This document shows positions 22,632 to 32,673 of a DNA stretch of 64,000 bases, piece by piece. Position 1 is the stretch's first letter. Each line of letters begins with the position of its first letter. The translations under genes were made by a program, and so were the position numbers. The notes below the pieces were generated by a model that was not told the origin of the DNA, ran no database searches, and saw only the letters and a list, made by a program, of their open reading frames with translations. The stretch comes from Nitrosopumilus sp. (lineage in GTDB: Archaea > Thermoproteota > Nitrososphaeria > Nitrososphaerales > Nitrosopumilaceae): assembly GCA_965218695.1 (NCBI GenBank), contig OZ244651.1:480001-544000 (forward strand), given 5' to 3'.

Positions 22632-23687
22632 TGTATTGTAACGAAATTATGTCCACCTATTCTTCGACGCACCCTGCATGACTTCATTAGACTGCACCGA
22701 TCAGGACGACCAATGCCGACCAAACTTGATGATGCCAAAATCAAGTACGTCATCCGCGAGAAGAAGAAAGGGACATCCAACACAAAGATAGCAGACGGTG
22801 TGGGGATAAGCATCCGCCATGTGCGCCGCCTCTGGTCCCTGTACGAGGCGACAGGATCATTACCTGTCATCAAGAGCGCAGGCAGACCAGCTGCCAAGAT
22901 ATCCGACGAGGATGTCAGGCGGGTGCTGGATGCGTATGGGAACGAGGGTGCTGGTGTGGGACGTGTTGCCAAGGCACTGAGGCATCAAAACATAAGCGGG
23001 CGGACCGTATACAAGGTGATGAAGGAACACGGGTTGGTGGAACCGTGCCCCACCAAATCAAAGAAACGCAAGTGGGTAAGGTACGAACGCCTTCACTCAA
23101 ACTCCATGTGGCACACGGACTGGCACGTGATGAAAAACTACCGCATGAAGGATCTGAACCTGATCACGTACTTGGACGACGCCTCAAGATGCGTGACAGG
23201 GTTTGGCCTGTTTGATGAGGCTACCGGCCAGAACGCCGTGCAGGTGCTCAGGCAGGCCGTCCAAGCATTTGGCGTCCCGTCATCCATCCTGTCCGATAAC
23301 GGTTCGTGTTTTGTGGGAGTTCGAAGGGGCACGCCAAAGGGATCCTGGAGACCCACCATCTTTGAAAACGAGCTGTTGGATCTTGACATACACCTAATCA
23401 ACTCCAGGCCATACCACCCCCAGACCAACGGCAAGCTAGAGCGGTTCCACCGAACCATTGAGGACGAGGTAGGACGGCACGACAGCTTGGAAGATTTCAT
23501 CACATTCTACAACGAGAGACGATTGCACTGGTCACTTGACATAGATAATTGCCAGACGCCTCTCAAGGCGTTCCATGACAAGGCAGCAGACGAATCCACA
23601 AGAGCTACCAACCCAAACTGGATGGAGGCGGATGTCCATGGATAAACAGCCACCAAAAGGGGGCGGACATAATTTCGTTACAATACA
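22632..23687 (+). mobile_element. IS481-family element, transposase about 22713-23645
   Basis: 23-bp IR TGTATTGTAACGAAATTATGTCC with TGT...ACA ends; WHTD, LDDASR, SDNG and HPQTNGKLERF rve motifs; 17-bp flanking direct repeat. Confidence 0.95.
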
Positions 23688-23783
23688 CATCTGGAGAAAC
23701 CGCATCCAGATGAAGATATCCAACACACAAAGTTAACACCCGAACCATTTTTGTCCTTTTATCACTATCTGGGGCTAAATGCA

Positions 23784-23972
23784 ATGGGAGACACGCATCA
23801 CGTACCTCTTGGAAGTGAAGGACCATGTCTATACGATTCATGCGGGGAATGGCACGATGTCGTGGTATATTGTAGTGTGCCTGATTGCCGTGCTGACGAC
23901 CGCGCGCATCCGCCGTGCCACCCACACATGAAATTCGGCAAGACTGGTGAGCCAGCAGGAGTCAGTAATTGA
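23784..23972 (+). CDS. 62-aa Cys/His-rich peptide translationally coupled to the ATP-grasp gene
   Basis: MGDTHHVPLGSEGPCLYDSCGEWHDVVVYCSVPDCRADDRAHPPCHPHMKFGKTGEPAGVSN; TTTTAT box about 25 nt upstream; stop overlaps the TTG start of the next gene. Confidence 0.6.
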   Translation: MGDTHHVPLGSEGPCLYDSCGEWHDVVVYCSVPDCRADDRAHPPCHPHMKFGKTGEPAGVSN

Positions 23973-24982
23973 CCAACGCTGCCGCCATCGAGGCGCCCAC
24001 CGTGGGGATAATGCACGATGCGCGCGACGATTTACGGCACGCATCAGACGAACCATTTGATTTTGACGCAGAGTTTGAGGAATCCATGGCTGCAGGAGAC
24101 GTCATGAATGCCATAGAAGATCTGGGATTTCCCACGGTTCTGATAGGCAACACCGAGAGCTTGTTGAACGGGTTTTCAGAATACCGTAAGCAGGTCGACG
24201 TCGTGTTCAACGTCGTTAACGGAAAGATCAATCCAGTCAATCTGAGACAGGCACATGCCATATTGGAAGTTGGCGGGATTCCATACGTCGGCTCGACTCC
24301 AGAATCTCTCGCGATTGCCATGAACAAGATACAGGCCAAATACACAGCCACTGCATACCGTATCCGGACTCCGGAGTTTGCGGTGGTGTCGAACGTGGAC
24401 GACATGACGCAGGACGATATCCCGGAATACCCAGTGGTACTCAAACTTGAACGCGGACGGAGTCATATTGGAATCAACGAGAAATTCAAGATAGATAACT
24501 TTGGACAGTTAAAGCAGCATGTAGGATACATGATCAATACATACGGACAGGCCGTCTTGGTGGAGCGCTTCATCGAAGGCCGCGAGTTTGACGTGTCTAT
24601 TATTGGAGATGATGTGTTCGGCGTTACGGAAGTGACGATGAATGGCAAGCCAATGGGAAAAAACCACCTCATGTCAAGGATGGTGTACAAGGACGACTAC
24701 GGACTGGACGTGAAGAATGTAGACGGCGACTTTGCTGAATGCAAAAACATCGCGCTTGCAGCGCACAAATCATTGGGGTGCCGTGACTTTGGCAGGGCCG
24801 ATGTGAGGGTGGAGGGATCCACTGGCAAGCCATACTTTTTGGAGATAAACCCACATCCCTATATCGGCAAGCACGGTAGTTTCAACCACATAACGCGCAG
24901 CCGCGGGATGGAATACAAGGACATGCTTGGAACCATAATGAAAAGCGCACTGTCAAGACTCAACGCGCCGGTGGCAGCCTGA
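23969..24982 (+). CDS. ATP-grasp ligase, D-Ala-D-Ala-ligase-like
   Basis: DVVFN, GIPYVGS, PVVLK, VLVERFIEGREF, GRADVR and PYFLEINP motifs. Confidence 0.85.
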   Translation: MTNAAAIEAPTVGIMHDARDDLRHASDEPFDFDAEFEESMAAGDVMNAIEDLGFPTVLIGNTESLLNGFSEYRKQVDVVFNVVNGKINPVNLRQAHAILEVGGIPYVGSTPESLAIAMNKIQAKYTATAYRIRTPEFAVVSNVDDMTQDDIPEYPVVLKLERGRSHIGINEKFKIDNFGQLKQHVGYMINTYGQAVLVERFIEGREFDVSIIGDDVFGVTEVTMNGKPMGKNHLMSRMVYKDDYGLDVKNVDGDFAECKNIALAAHKSLGCRDFGRADVRVEGSTGKPYFLEINPHPYIGKHGSFNHITRSRGMEYKDMLGTIMKSALSRLNAPVAA

Positions 24983-25400
24983 TCATGATGAACCTGTCAG
25001 AATCATCGTAATAATGACCTACAGACAGTGCGTCTAGCACGAACCCGTGCTTCTTGTAGAACTCCACCAAGTACGGCCTATCTGTCTTGACGTCCAGTAT
25101 CATGGTGTCCTGCGTGGCCAACTCCTTCATCTTTTCCATAAGTTTGTCAGCTATGCCGAGTCGCCTGTATGCCGGATCCACGAACAATGAGTTCAGGTAC
25201 CACTTTCCCTCGAACGTCGGCATCGAGACCAGCCCGCCGACTATCTTTTTGTCATGCACCGCCTTGAGGCAGCACTGGTACTGCAGTATCGGCACCCAGT
25301 AGTATGTCGTGTCCTCGTTGTCTTCGTCCATATCGAAGCACTTGGCCTCGAGTCGGTAGAATTCCTGCGCGTCTGACCTGCCGGCTCTCGATATTTCCAT
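24960..25400 (-). CDS. GNAT N-acetyltransferase
   Basis: LFVDPAYRRLGIA acetyl-CoA motif, FYKKHGF; start MEISRA overlaps the DUF5131 stop (TAATG). Confidence 0.88.
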   Translation of the reverse strand: MEISRAGRSDAQEFYRLEAKCFDMDEDNEDTTYYWVPILQYQCCLKAVHDKKIVGGLVSMPTFEGKWYLNSLFVDPAYRRLGIADKLMEKMKELATQDTMILDVKTDRPYLVEFYKKHGFVLDALSVGHYYDDSDRFIMIRLPPAR

Positions 25401-27348
25401 TACTTGCGCTCCAGGTACGCCAGGATCTTGTCCCGGTCTGTGTCCGGCTTTTTGTCCGGGTACCCGTCGTACGTGCGCCCGTTGATGGTGCGGCCGCCGG
25501 ACTTTGGGCGCTGCCCGCCCCATTGCTTGAAGAACACCGCCACGCCCTGCGCGTTGCACTGGTCGATTAGCTCCTGTATCCATTCCTCCTTGACCGGCCT
25601 GTGCCCTGGACCACTCTCCCCGCCGATAATGGCCCAGTCAATCCCGGCTAAGTCAACCTGGCCGACCGGCCCTATGAGGGGTTCGAAACTGACGAACCTC
25701 ATGCCGCACCTGACTTTTCTCAAGTCGTCTATGCGTGACGCCACCATGGAGTCCTCGACGCTGGTTCCCATCCAGACGTGGTTTGGTATCTGAGACATCA
25801 TCCGTAATTGGGCATAATCACGAGATTGGACGCATTGCAGGACAAATCTGGCTGACTGCATGGAATTGCATGTCAATTCGAACTTGCCCGATGATCAAAA
25901 CTATACGTCAGCCGTGTTTTATTCTGATTGCCAATGTCAAAGCATGTCATTATACGACAGATTAGCAAAAAAGCCCAAACTGTTCATCCGGTGCACTGGA
26001 CTGACAGTCTCCGAATTTAATTTGGTGGCAGGGCGGCTGGCAAAAAAATACCCCAAGGCAGAGCAAAAGCGACTCGCCAAAAGAAGCAGGGTGCGCGGCA
26101 TTGGTGCCGGACGCAGGTGGAAACTGGATCTGAAAAACAGGTTTCTTCTGGTCCTGTTTTATTACAGGACATACGCTACGCAGGATCTTCTTGCCCTGAC
26201 GTTCCATGTGGGTCAGGCCAGTGTGTCCCGCAGCATGGGGGCACTGGAGCCGTCGATCCGGCAGTGCGTTCCGCTTCCGTCAAAGATCTACGCCAACATC
26301 AAGGCCACCAAGACGCTTGACGATCTTGAGGAGATCATTCCGGGCCTGACTGCCCTGATTGATGCCTCAGAGCAGCAGATACAACGTCCCGGACGCAAGG
26401 ACATGGAACGGTCCCACTACTCGGGCAAGGCACACAGGCACACGTCCAAGATCCAGTACACGTCGGCCACAGATGGCCTCATCATTCACAAGACCCGGCA
26501 TTCCCCGGGCAGGATCCACGACTTTGCAGTATTCAAGAAGAAACACCCGACATTCCCTGACAACCTTCCACGCAAGGACGGGAGCAAGGACAAGGAAAGG
26601 ATCAAAGTCAGAGAGATCCTGGACAACGGATACCAGGGGATCAACAAAGAATTTCCTGACCGGGATGCAGTAGTGCCGTACAAGAAGCAAAAAGGCGCAG
26701 AATTGTCCCCCGAGCAGAAGGAATTCAACAAAAAGCACTCAAAGGCACGGGTGTATGTGGAGCACGCCATCCGCAGGGTCAAACGGTTTCGCATAATGAG
26801 CGGTGTCTACCGAAACCGCCTGAAAAAATACGACACCGTCAATGACATCGTCTGCGGATTTGCCAACCTCAGGGTTCTCCTAGTCCGGGAAGCAACCTGA
26901 TAGGAGTCAAAAAACCTACACAGTATAGGAAAATATGTACAATTTCTAATTACGGATTATGTCTCTGGAACCCCGTGAACTTGGCAAACATCCCGGAGAA
27001 CTCGGCCATTCTCTTGGGGCGCTTCGTCAGTATCTGGTATACGTGGTGGTCTGCCCTCAGCATGACGTCGAAACACCGTGCCACAAACTCCATCTGCGCT
27101 TCCTCGTGGAACAGATCAGACATGCTGTTGACGAATATCTTCTGCGGCTTTTTCCATTTCAGCGGAATGCCGACGTCGTCAGGGTGCTGCGTGAACTTGA
27201 AGATGTTGCGGTATTTTTTCTTCCCCCATGCAAACAGGCGCTTTGACACGGTTTCAGCATAGCAGTTCTTGCAGCCTGCAGACACTTTGGTGCAGCCCGT
27301 CGTGGGGCTCCACGTCTTGTCCGTCCATTCGATTGCTGAATCTGTCAT
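25400..27348 (-). pseudogene. DUF5131 (phage Gp37/Gp68-like, three-Cys motif) protein split by IS5
   Basis: IEWTDKTW..TGCTKVSAGCKNCYA, FVNSMSDLF, FVSFEPL, IGGESG and FFKQWGG motifs; the frame FTGFQIPNHVW is restored on removing 25793-26967. Confidence 0.92.
25793..26964 (+). mobile_element. IS5-family (ISL2-like, DDE_Tnp_4) element, transposase 25944-26900
   Basis: IR AGACATCATCCGTAATT / AATTACGGATTATGTCT; 3-bp TSD CTG; IDASEQ, YSGK, HD, DNGYQG and RVYVEHAI motifs. Confidence 0.93.
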
Positions 27349-27390
27349 GTCGTTCTTGGACGGTTTTGATTTAAGGTTGCCATAGTGTGG

Positions 27391-27787
27391 TTAGTCCGCA
27401 CGCGTTGTAGGTACGGCAAAAATGGTATTCCTTATCATGTCAGCGGCCTGCCAAAGCGAGGTTATCCTGTATTCCGCGTCGATGCTCTTGTTGTATGGCG
27501 CGTCAAACAGTATGCACGGCTTCCCGGCTTCTTCAAAAGCCTGAAAATTTACAGGAGAGTCATCTATGAATATGTCGTAGTCGAGTTTTGCCTTGTCGCC
27601 GCCTGCCCGTACCTGGACCAGCCCGTCATATTCTATGCCGTGCAGTTTGAGCCATTTGGATTTCTGGTCGGGGAACCCCACCGTCACTATGTCGACGCGT
27701 CCCATTTTTCTGAGGTTTCGCACAATTGCTGCCTGTCCTGCCTCTACCGGCCTGATCTGGCCCCAGTGCCGCTCCCACGTGTTCCTG
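27391..27787 (-). pseudogene. HAD-family 5'(3')-deoxyribonucleotidase-like C-terminal fragment
   Basis: VDIVT, KSKWL, DIFIDDSP and LFDAPYN motifs; the N-terminal DxD half is absent and the frame runs into the IS at 27788. Confidence 0.7.
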
Positions 27788-28960
27788 AGACATCATCCGT
27801 AATTGGGCATAACCACGCGATTAGACGCATTACCGGATTAAATCAGGCTGATTGCATGGAATTGCATGTCAATTCGAACTTGCCCGATGATCAAAACTAT
27901 ACGTCAGTCATGTTTTATTCTGATTTCCCGTCTCAAAGCATGTCATTATACGACAGATTGGCAAAAAAGCCCAATCTGTTCACCCGGTGCACTGGACTGA
28001 CAGTCTCCGAATTTGATTTGGTGGCAGGGCGGCTGGCAAAAAAATACCCCAAGGCAGAGCAAAGGCGACTCTCCAAAAGAAGCAGGGTGCGCGGCATGGG
28101 TGACGGACGCAGGTGGAAGCTGGATCTGAAAAACAGGTTTCTTCTGGTCCTGTTTTATTACAGGACATACGCCACGCAGGATCTTCTTGCCATGGTGTTT
28201 CAGATGGGCCAGGCTAGCGTGTCCCGCAGCATGGGGACACTGGAGCCGTCGATCCGGCAGTGCCTTCCGCTTCCATCAAAGATATACTTTGACATCAAGG
28301 CCACCAGGACGCTTGACGATCTTGAGGAGATCATTCCTGGCCTGACTGCCCTGATTGATGCCTCCGAGCAGCAGATACAACGTCCCGGACGCAAGGACAT
28401 GGAACGGTCCCACTACTCGGGCAAGGCACACAGGCACACGTCCAAGGTCCAGTACACGTCAGCCACGGACGGCCTCATCCTTCACAAGACCCGGCATTCC
28501 CCGGGCAGGATCCACGACTTTGCAGTATTCAAAAAGAGGCACCCGACGTTCCCTGAGAACCTTCCACGCAAGGACGGGGGCAGGGACAAGGAAAGAACCA
28601 AGGTCAGAGAGATCCTGGATGGCGGATACCAGGGGATCAACAAAGAATTTCCTGACCGGGATGCCGTAGTGCCGTACAAGAAGCAAAAAGGCGCAGAATT
28701 GTCCCCCGAGCAGAAGGAATTCAACAAAAAACACTCAAAGATGCGGGTGTATGTAGAGCATGCAATCCGCAGGGTCAAGCGGTTTCGCATCATGAGCGGC
28801 GTCTACAGAAATCGCCTGAAAAAGTACGACACCATCAATGACATCGTCTGTGGATTTGCCAACCTCAGGGTTCTCCTGGCTCGGGAAGCGGCAGGATAGG
28901 CAGCAAACAACCTACACAATATAGGATGATATGCACAATTTCTAATTACGGATTATGTCT
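27788..28960 (+). mobile_element. Second copy of the IS5/ISL2-like element, transposase 27940-28899
   Basis: Same IRs and near-identical transposase as 25793-26964; flanks CTG and CAG do not match, so no TSD. Confidence 0.93.
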
Positions 28961-28993
28961 CAGGCCCTTTTACGTCCGGCCGTCACGGAGTTC

Positions 28994-29152
28994 ATGGCAA
29001 ACTGTACCAAATGCGGCAAGCTCATTGCATGGCGCGACGGCAAGGTGTGCGACGACTGCGCGCGCAAGCATGGCATCTGCACCAACTGCGGGAAGAAGTG
29101 GGACGGCGCCCACACCATGTCGCTTACGTGCGACGGTTGCCCCGAACCATGA
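28994..29152 (+). CDS. 52-aa Zn-finger microprotein (four CxxC)
   Basis: MANCTKCG...CDDC...CTNCG...CDGC. Confidence 0.65.
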   Translation: MANCTKCGKLIAWRDGKVCDDCARKHGICTNCGKKWDGAHTMSLTCDGCPEP

Positions 29153-29232
29153 TGGATTAGTTCGTTCGGTGCGGCCGTGTCCGGTCTGACCAAAACCCGT
29201 TTCCCTTTTTACGTTGCCCAGACTTGCACTGC

Positions 29233-29451
29233 ATGGCATGCAAATACTGTGGCGGATCAGTCGAACGCTCCGGCAACCTGATGTGCAGGAAGTGCAGCGA
29301 CAAGAAAAACACCTGCATGCGCTGCGGGAAGGAACCGTATTACCGCGGACACGGCAGTTCGTACTACGGAGAACGGTGTATGCGTGGGTTGTTTGGCAAG
29401 TGCGGCAAGTGCGGCGCAACGTGGTGCAGGCACCGCGAGTTCGGCTCATGA
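29233..29451 (+). CDS. 72-aa Cys-rich microprotein
   Basis: MACKYCG...CRKC...CMRCG...CGKCG..WCRH. Confidence 0.65.
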   Translation: MACKYCGGSVERSGNLMCRKCSDKKNTCMRCGKEPYYRGHGSSYYGERCMRGLFGKCGKCGATWCRHREFGS

Positions 29452-29521
29452 CCCGCCAAACCGGCAACTGCAAGTACTTTTACGGCAAACAGTGCCGCGT
29501 TTTTGGAATGGAGATGTCAAA

Positions 29522-29689
29522 ATGAGGTTTGCCGTGTTGCTCAAGTGCGACAAATGCTCAAAAACCCACAGGCTGTTCGCGGCGTCAAGCAGCCCGCCAA
29601 AGGTCGGCGACATGCATAAAATGCACTTGTGTCCTGCATGCGGCGAATGTCGGATTTTTACGGTAAAGGGCGTGGACAAGTTGGGATAG
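29522..29689 (+). CDS. 55-aa Zn-ribbon microprotein
   Basis: MRFAVLLKCDKC...CPACG. Confidence 0.6.
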   Translation: MRFAVLLKCDKCSKTHRLFAASSSPPKVGDMHKMHLCPACGECRIFTVKGVDKLG

Positions 29690-29737
29690 GCTGTGCAAAA
29701 AAAAGAAAGCGAAGCGGTCCAAGACATTCGTTGACAA

Positions 29738-29874
29738 GGGCGCTATTAGGGGCGCTATTAGGGGCGCTATTAGGGGCGCTATTAGGGGCGCTATTAGGGG
29801 CGCTATTAGGGGCGCTATTAGGGGCGCTATTAGGGGCGCTATTAGGGGCGCTATTAGGGGCGCTATTAGGGGCG
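29738..29874. repeat. Perfect 12-bp tandem repeat (GGGGCGCTATTA) x11
   Basis: Counted directly; lies between convergent genes. Confidence 0.98.
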
Positions 29875-29897
29875 TGCAACACCCAGCCAGACTGCAG

Positions 29898-30470
29898 TCA
29901 GGCCGTACTGCCTGCCGGTTTGGAATAGCCAATGAACTTCGCCATCGTGCTCTTCGCCCACTTTAGTTTGTGTTTGGCCGGCATCTCTGCGGCATTGACC
30001 ACCCGGGTTGGCAGTATGACGTGTATTCCGACCATGTTCATGCAGTCGTCTTCAATGTGCCCGGCCATGTCATATTTCCCGTACCTGTGGAGGTCAAACA
30101 ACAGGTCGTCGGCCAAGTTGGTGATCATGCCGTCGATGTCGTGGGCGATCCACGTCTTTACCATATACCTGATGTATTGCTGCCTGCCGTTTCCAGGCAT
30201 GTCGGACGGATGGACCGTCAAGCCGTGCTCGAACCCGTACGGATAGTCTGGATCGCCGAGTTTCGGCAAAACGACGTCTGCAAAGACTTTGCAGTTCCCA
30301 AGCCACACGTGCGCGATGTCGCACCGGTACAGCCTCTCGGTTACCGCGTCGCACAATTCATCCAGATCAATCCTGTCGCTGGAATACCTGGCCGGCGCCG
30401 GAAAGTGCGACTTTGGCTGCTTCGCGAACGTGGGCACGATTACCGCACCGCTGTCATAGTCCACTAGCAT
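29898..30470 (-). CDS. Hypothetical protein (190 aa)
   Basis: Open frame with plausible composition, divergent from the methylase; no family recognised. Confidence 0.6.
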   Translation of the reverse strand: MLVDYDSGAVIVPTFAKQPKSHFPAPARYSSDRIDLDELCDAVTERLYRCDIAHVWLGNCKVFADVVLPKLGDPDYPYGFEHGLTVHPSDMPGNGRQQYIRYMVKTWIAHDIDGMITNLADDLLFDLHRYGKYDMAGHIEDDCMNMVGIHVILPTRVVNAAEMPAKHKLKWAKSTMAKFIGYSKPAGSTA

Positions 30471-30527
30471 GGGTTACAGGTTAGTTTTCTTAATAAACGG
30501 CTTTTAACTGCACGGTGCGCTCAACGC

Positions 30528-31388
30528 ATGGAGCCGGACCAAATCGCCTGCGGGGACAACATAAACGTGCTGTCAAAGATTGGTGACGGCACGGTCGCTC
30601 TCACCACCACGTCACCGCCGTACAGGAACGCCATAGACTACGCGCAGCACGTGGCCGACCCGGAGCAGAATTACCGCGGGACGCTTGACGTGTCGGTGGA
30701 CGAGTACGTCAAGACGATGGGCAGGACGTTTGCCAAAATATACCGCGTGACCAAGCCGGGAGGGTATTGCTGCATCGTGATAGGCAACGAGACCAACCGC
30801 GGGACGCTGGAGCCGCTGCCGGCGTTGTTGGTGGCCAGGCTGAGAAACGACAATTGGTGCTTACATGAAGAAATAATCTGGCACAAGGTGACCGGCGGAA
30901 CCAACCGCGCGGGCAATTTTGTCAAGCGGCAGTACCCGTCGTATTATCGCGCCAACATCATGCATGAATCCATACTGGTGATGCGCAAGGGGGAAACCAG
31001 ACTGCGGCAGAAGAAGCGCGCCTTTGACGGGATCAACAAGGACATACTTTGGAAAGAGATAGCAAACTCCGTGTGGCATATCGCGCCAGTTCCCCCGGGG
31101 TTCCTGCAGCACCCGTGCCCGTTTCCCGAAGAGATCCCGTACAGGCTGATCAGTTTGTATTCTGATCCAGGTGATATCATCTTGGATCCGTTCAACGGAT
31201 CCGGCCAGGTAACAAAGGTAGCCAAGTACGCTGGAAGAAGATTTCTCGGGGTAGACATCCAGCAACAGTACGTGGATTACGCCATGTCGCGCCTGGACGA
31301 AAAGCCCCACATCCGCGACGAGTCCATAATGTTGGGATTCGAGGGTACCGGCATTCCAAAATGGGGAAAGGTGCCAACCACGGACTAG
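30528..31388 (+). CDS. Orphan N4-C/N6-A DNA methyltransferase (beta class)
   Basis: TSPPY catalytic motif precedes HPCPFPEE and ILDPFNGSG SAM-binding motif; no adjacent endonuclease. Confidence 0.92.
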   Translation: MEPDQIACGDNINVLSKIGDGTVALTTTSPPYRNAIDYAQHVADPEQNYRGTLDVSVDEYVKTMGRTFAKIYRVTKPGGYCCIVIGNETNRGTLEPLPALLVARLRNDNWCLHEEIIWHKVTGGTNRAGNFVKRQYPSYYRANIMHESILVMRKGETRLRQKKRAFDGINKDILWKEIANSVWHIAPVPPGFLQHPCPFPEEIPYRLISLYSDPGDIILDPFNGSGQVTKVAKYAGRRFLGVDIQQQYVDYAMSRLDEKPHIRDESIMLGFEGTGIPKWGKVPTTD

Positions 31389-31828
31389 CGTTTTTTGCCG
31401 AACCTGCATGTAACGCAGAAGATCTTCCCCGTCATACTATCTTGTACTATCGTGGTCGTGAGATCCAACCCGGTCTTGCATTTTGCGCAATGCAGCGTGC
31501 AGCGGTGCTCTCCGGCATCCAGGGAATCCTTGATGACGGACAGCATCGTTTTCCTGAGATCGCGCACGTTTCCTGCGGCCCCTTCGGCCAGCGCCTTGAA
31601 TGAGTCGCTGTCGTTGCAGACGTGGGAATACGCGCTGCACATGCCGTAGACCTGCGGCACCGACTGGTCGTCCATTTCCAAGACATGTTTGGAAAGCCAG
31701 TCGGCCCTGTCCTTGTCAGTCGTCTTGGCGCGTTCAGGATCAAGCACGTGGTACAGCAGCCGTATAATCAGGCCCATGCGGCACGCGCCCCGTTGTGTTG
31801 CTTCATGCCTGTCAGGAACGTTTTGCAT
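31385..31828 (-). CDS. Hypothetical protein with C-terminal Zn ribbon
   Basis: CAKCK...FCVTC; the start may be 31777. Confidence 0.55.
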   Translation of the reverse strand: MQNVPDRHEATQRGACRMGLIIRLLYHVLDPERAKTTDKDRADWLSKHVLEMDDQSVPQVYGMCSAYSHVCNDSDSFKALAEGAAGNVRDLRKTMLSVIKDSLDAGEHRCTLHCAKCKTGLDLTTTIVQDSMTGKIFCVTCRFGKKR

Positions 31829-32003
31829 AAAAGATGTTACAAAACCTAACTTACAGCGAGTTTATAACAAACAAGGTCCAAGATTACGTGTTGCGTGGTA
31901 CTTTGTCTTTTTCAACGTGTGGCTGTTATCGACCTAAGAGGTTTTTTGGAACGGTTCGGGGAAACCGCCATGCCTTAATGAATATATATCGTATTTTCAG
32001 GAA

Positions 32004-32615
32004 ATGTTCGTCTTGAACAAAATAGACAAAAACACGTTGGCCGTTTTGTACGCGTGTTCCATCAACGGGAACGACCCATTCGAAGCAATGTCGAAGACGC
32101 TTTTTCTTTCTGAAATCCGGACACGGCTGGATCGGTTGAAGCAAAATGGATTGTCTGATGGTAATGCAGCCCTTACGAAAAAAGGACGCGATTCAATCAG
32201 GGTCGTCTTGACTGGAGGCGTGTTCGACATCATACACCCAGGGCACGCGCACACGCTCAACGCGGCGAAGGCATTGGGTGACGTGTTGGTGGTGGTCGTC
32301 GCCACTGATGATACCGCAAGGCGAATGAAGCGCAAAATTCCGCAACATTCCAAAGAGGAACGCCAACAACTTACAGATCTGCTCGAAATGGTGGACGTGT
32401 GTCGTGTTGGACAGAAGGACATATTCCGCACTGTTGAGATAATACGCCCAGACGTAATCGCGCTAGGGTACGACCAGGCGCACCATGAAAAGTCTATCAA
32501 GACGGGGTGCGAACGGCTTGGAATCGAGGCAAAGATAGTACGGCTCCAGTCACCAATGCCTGGCATTTCAAGTTCAAAATTGACTCAGGATGCCGGCGTC
32601 ACATACAATCTATAA
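32004..32615 (+). CDS. ribL: Cytidylyltransferase-family protein, archaeal FAD synthase-like, with short N-terminal wHTH
   Basis: GGVFDIIHPGH (HxGH), RPDVIALGYDQ and ISSSK motifs. Confidence 0.75.
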   Translation: MFVLNKIDKNTLAVLYACSINGNDPFEAMSKTLFLSEIRTRLDRLKQNGLSDGNAALTKKGRDSIRVVLTGGVFDIIHPGHAHTLNAAKALGDVLVVVVATDDTARRMKRKIPQHSKEERQQLTDLLEMVDVCRVGQKDIFRTVEIIRPDVIALGYDQAHHEKSIKTGCERLGIEAKIVRLQSPMPGISSSKLTQDAGVTYNL

Positions 32616-32673
32616 TTGTCCCGCGCTTCTTGCAAGTTCGATATATTGAAAAGATTAAATGACTAGGTGACGG

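Noticed and set aside
23969-24982. True ddl / peptidoglycan synthesis gene
   Set aside because: No mur genes, archaeal context, and the Ddl substrate loops are altered.
27385-27939. N-terminal 185 aa of the 504-aa ORF as a transposase fusion domain
   Set aside because: It is the antisense of the HAD fragment plus the IS left end; the sister copy shows the transposase starts at MSLYDRL.
29738-29874. CRISPR array, or a real GALL/SAPN/APLI repeat protein
   Set aside because: Units are contiguous with no spacers and no cas genes are nearby; the ORFs across it are open only because the unit lacks stops in those frames.
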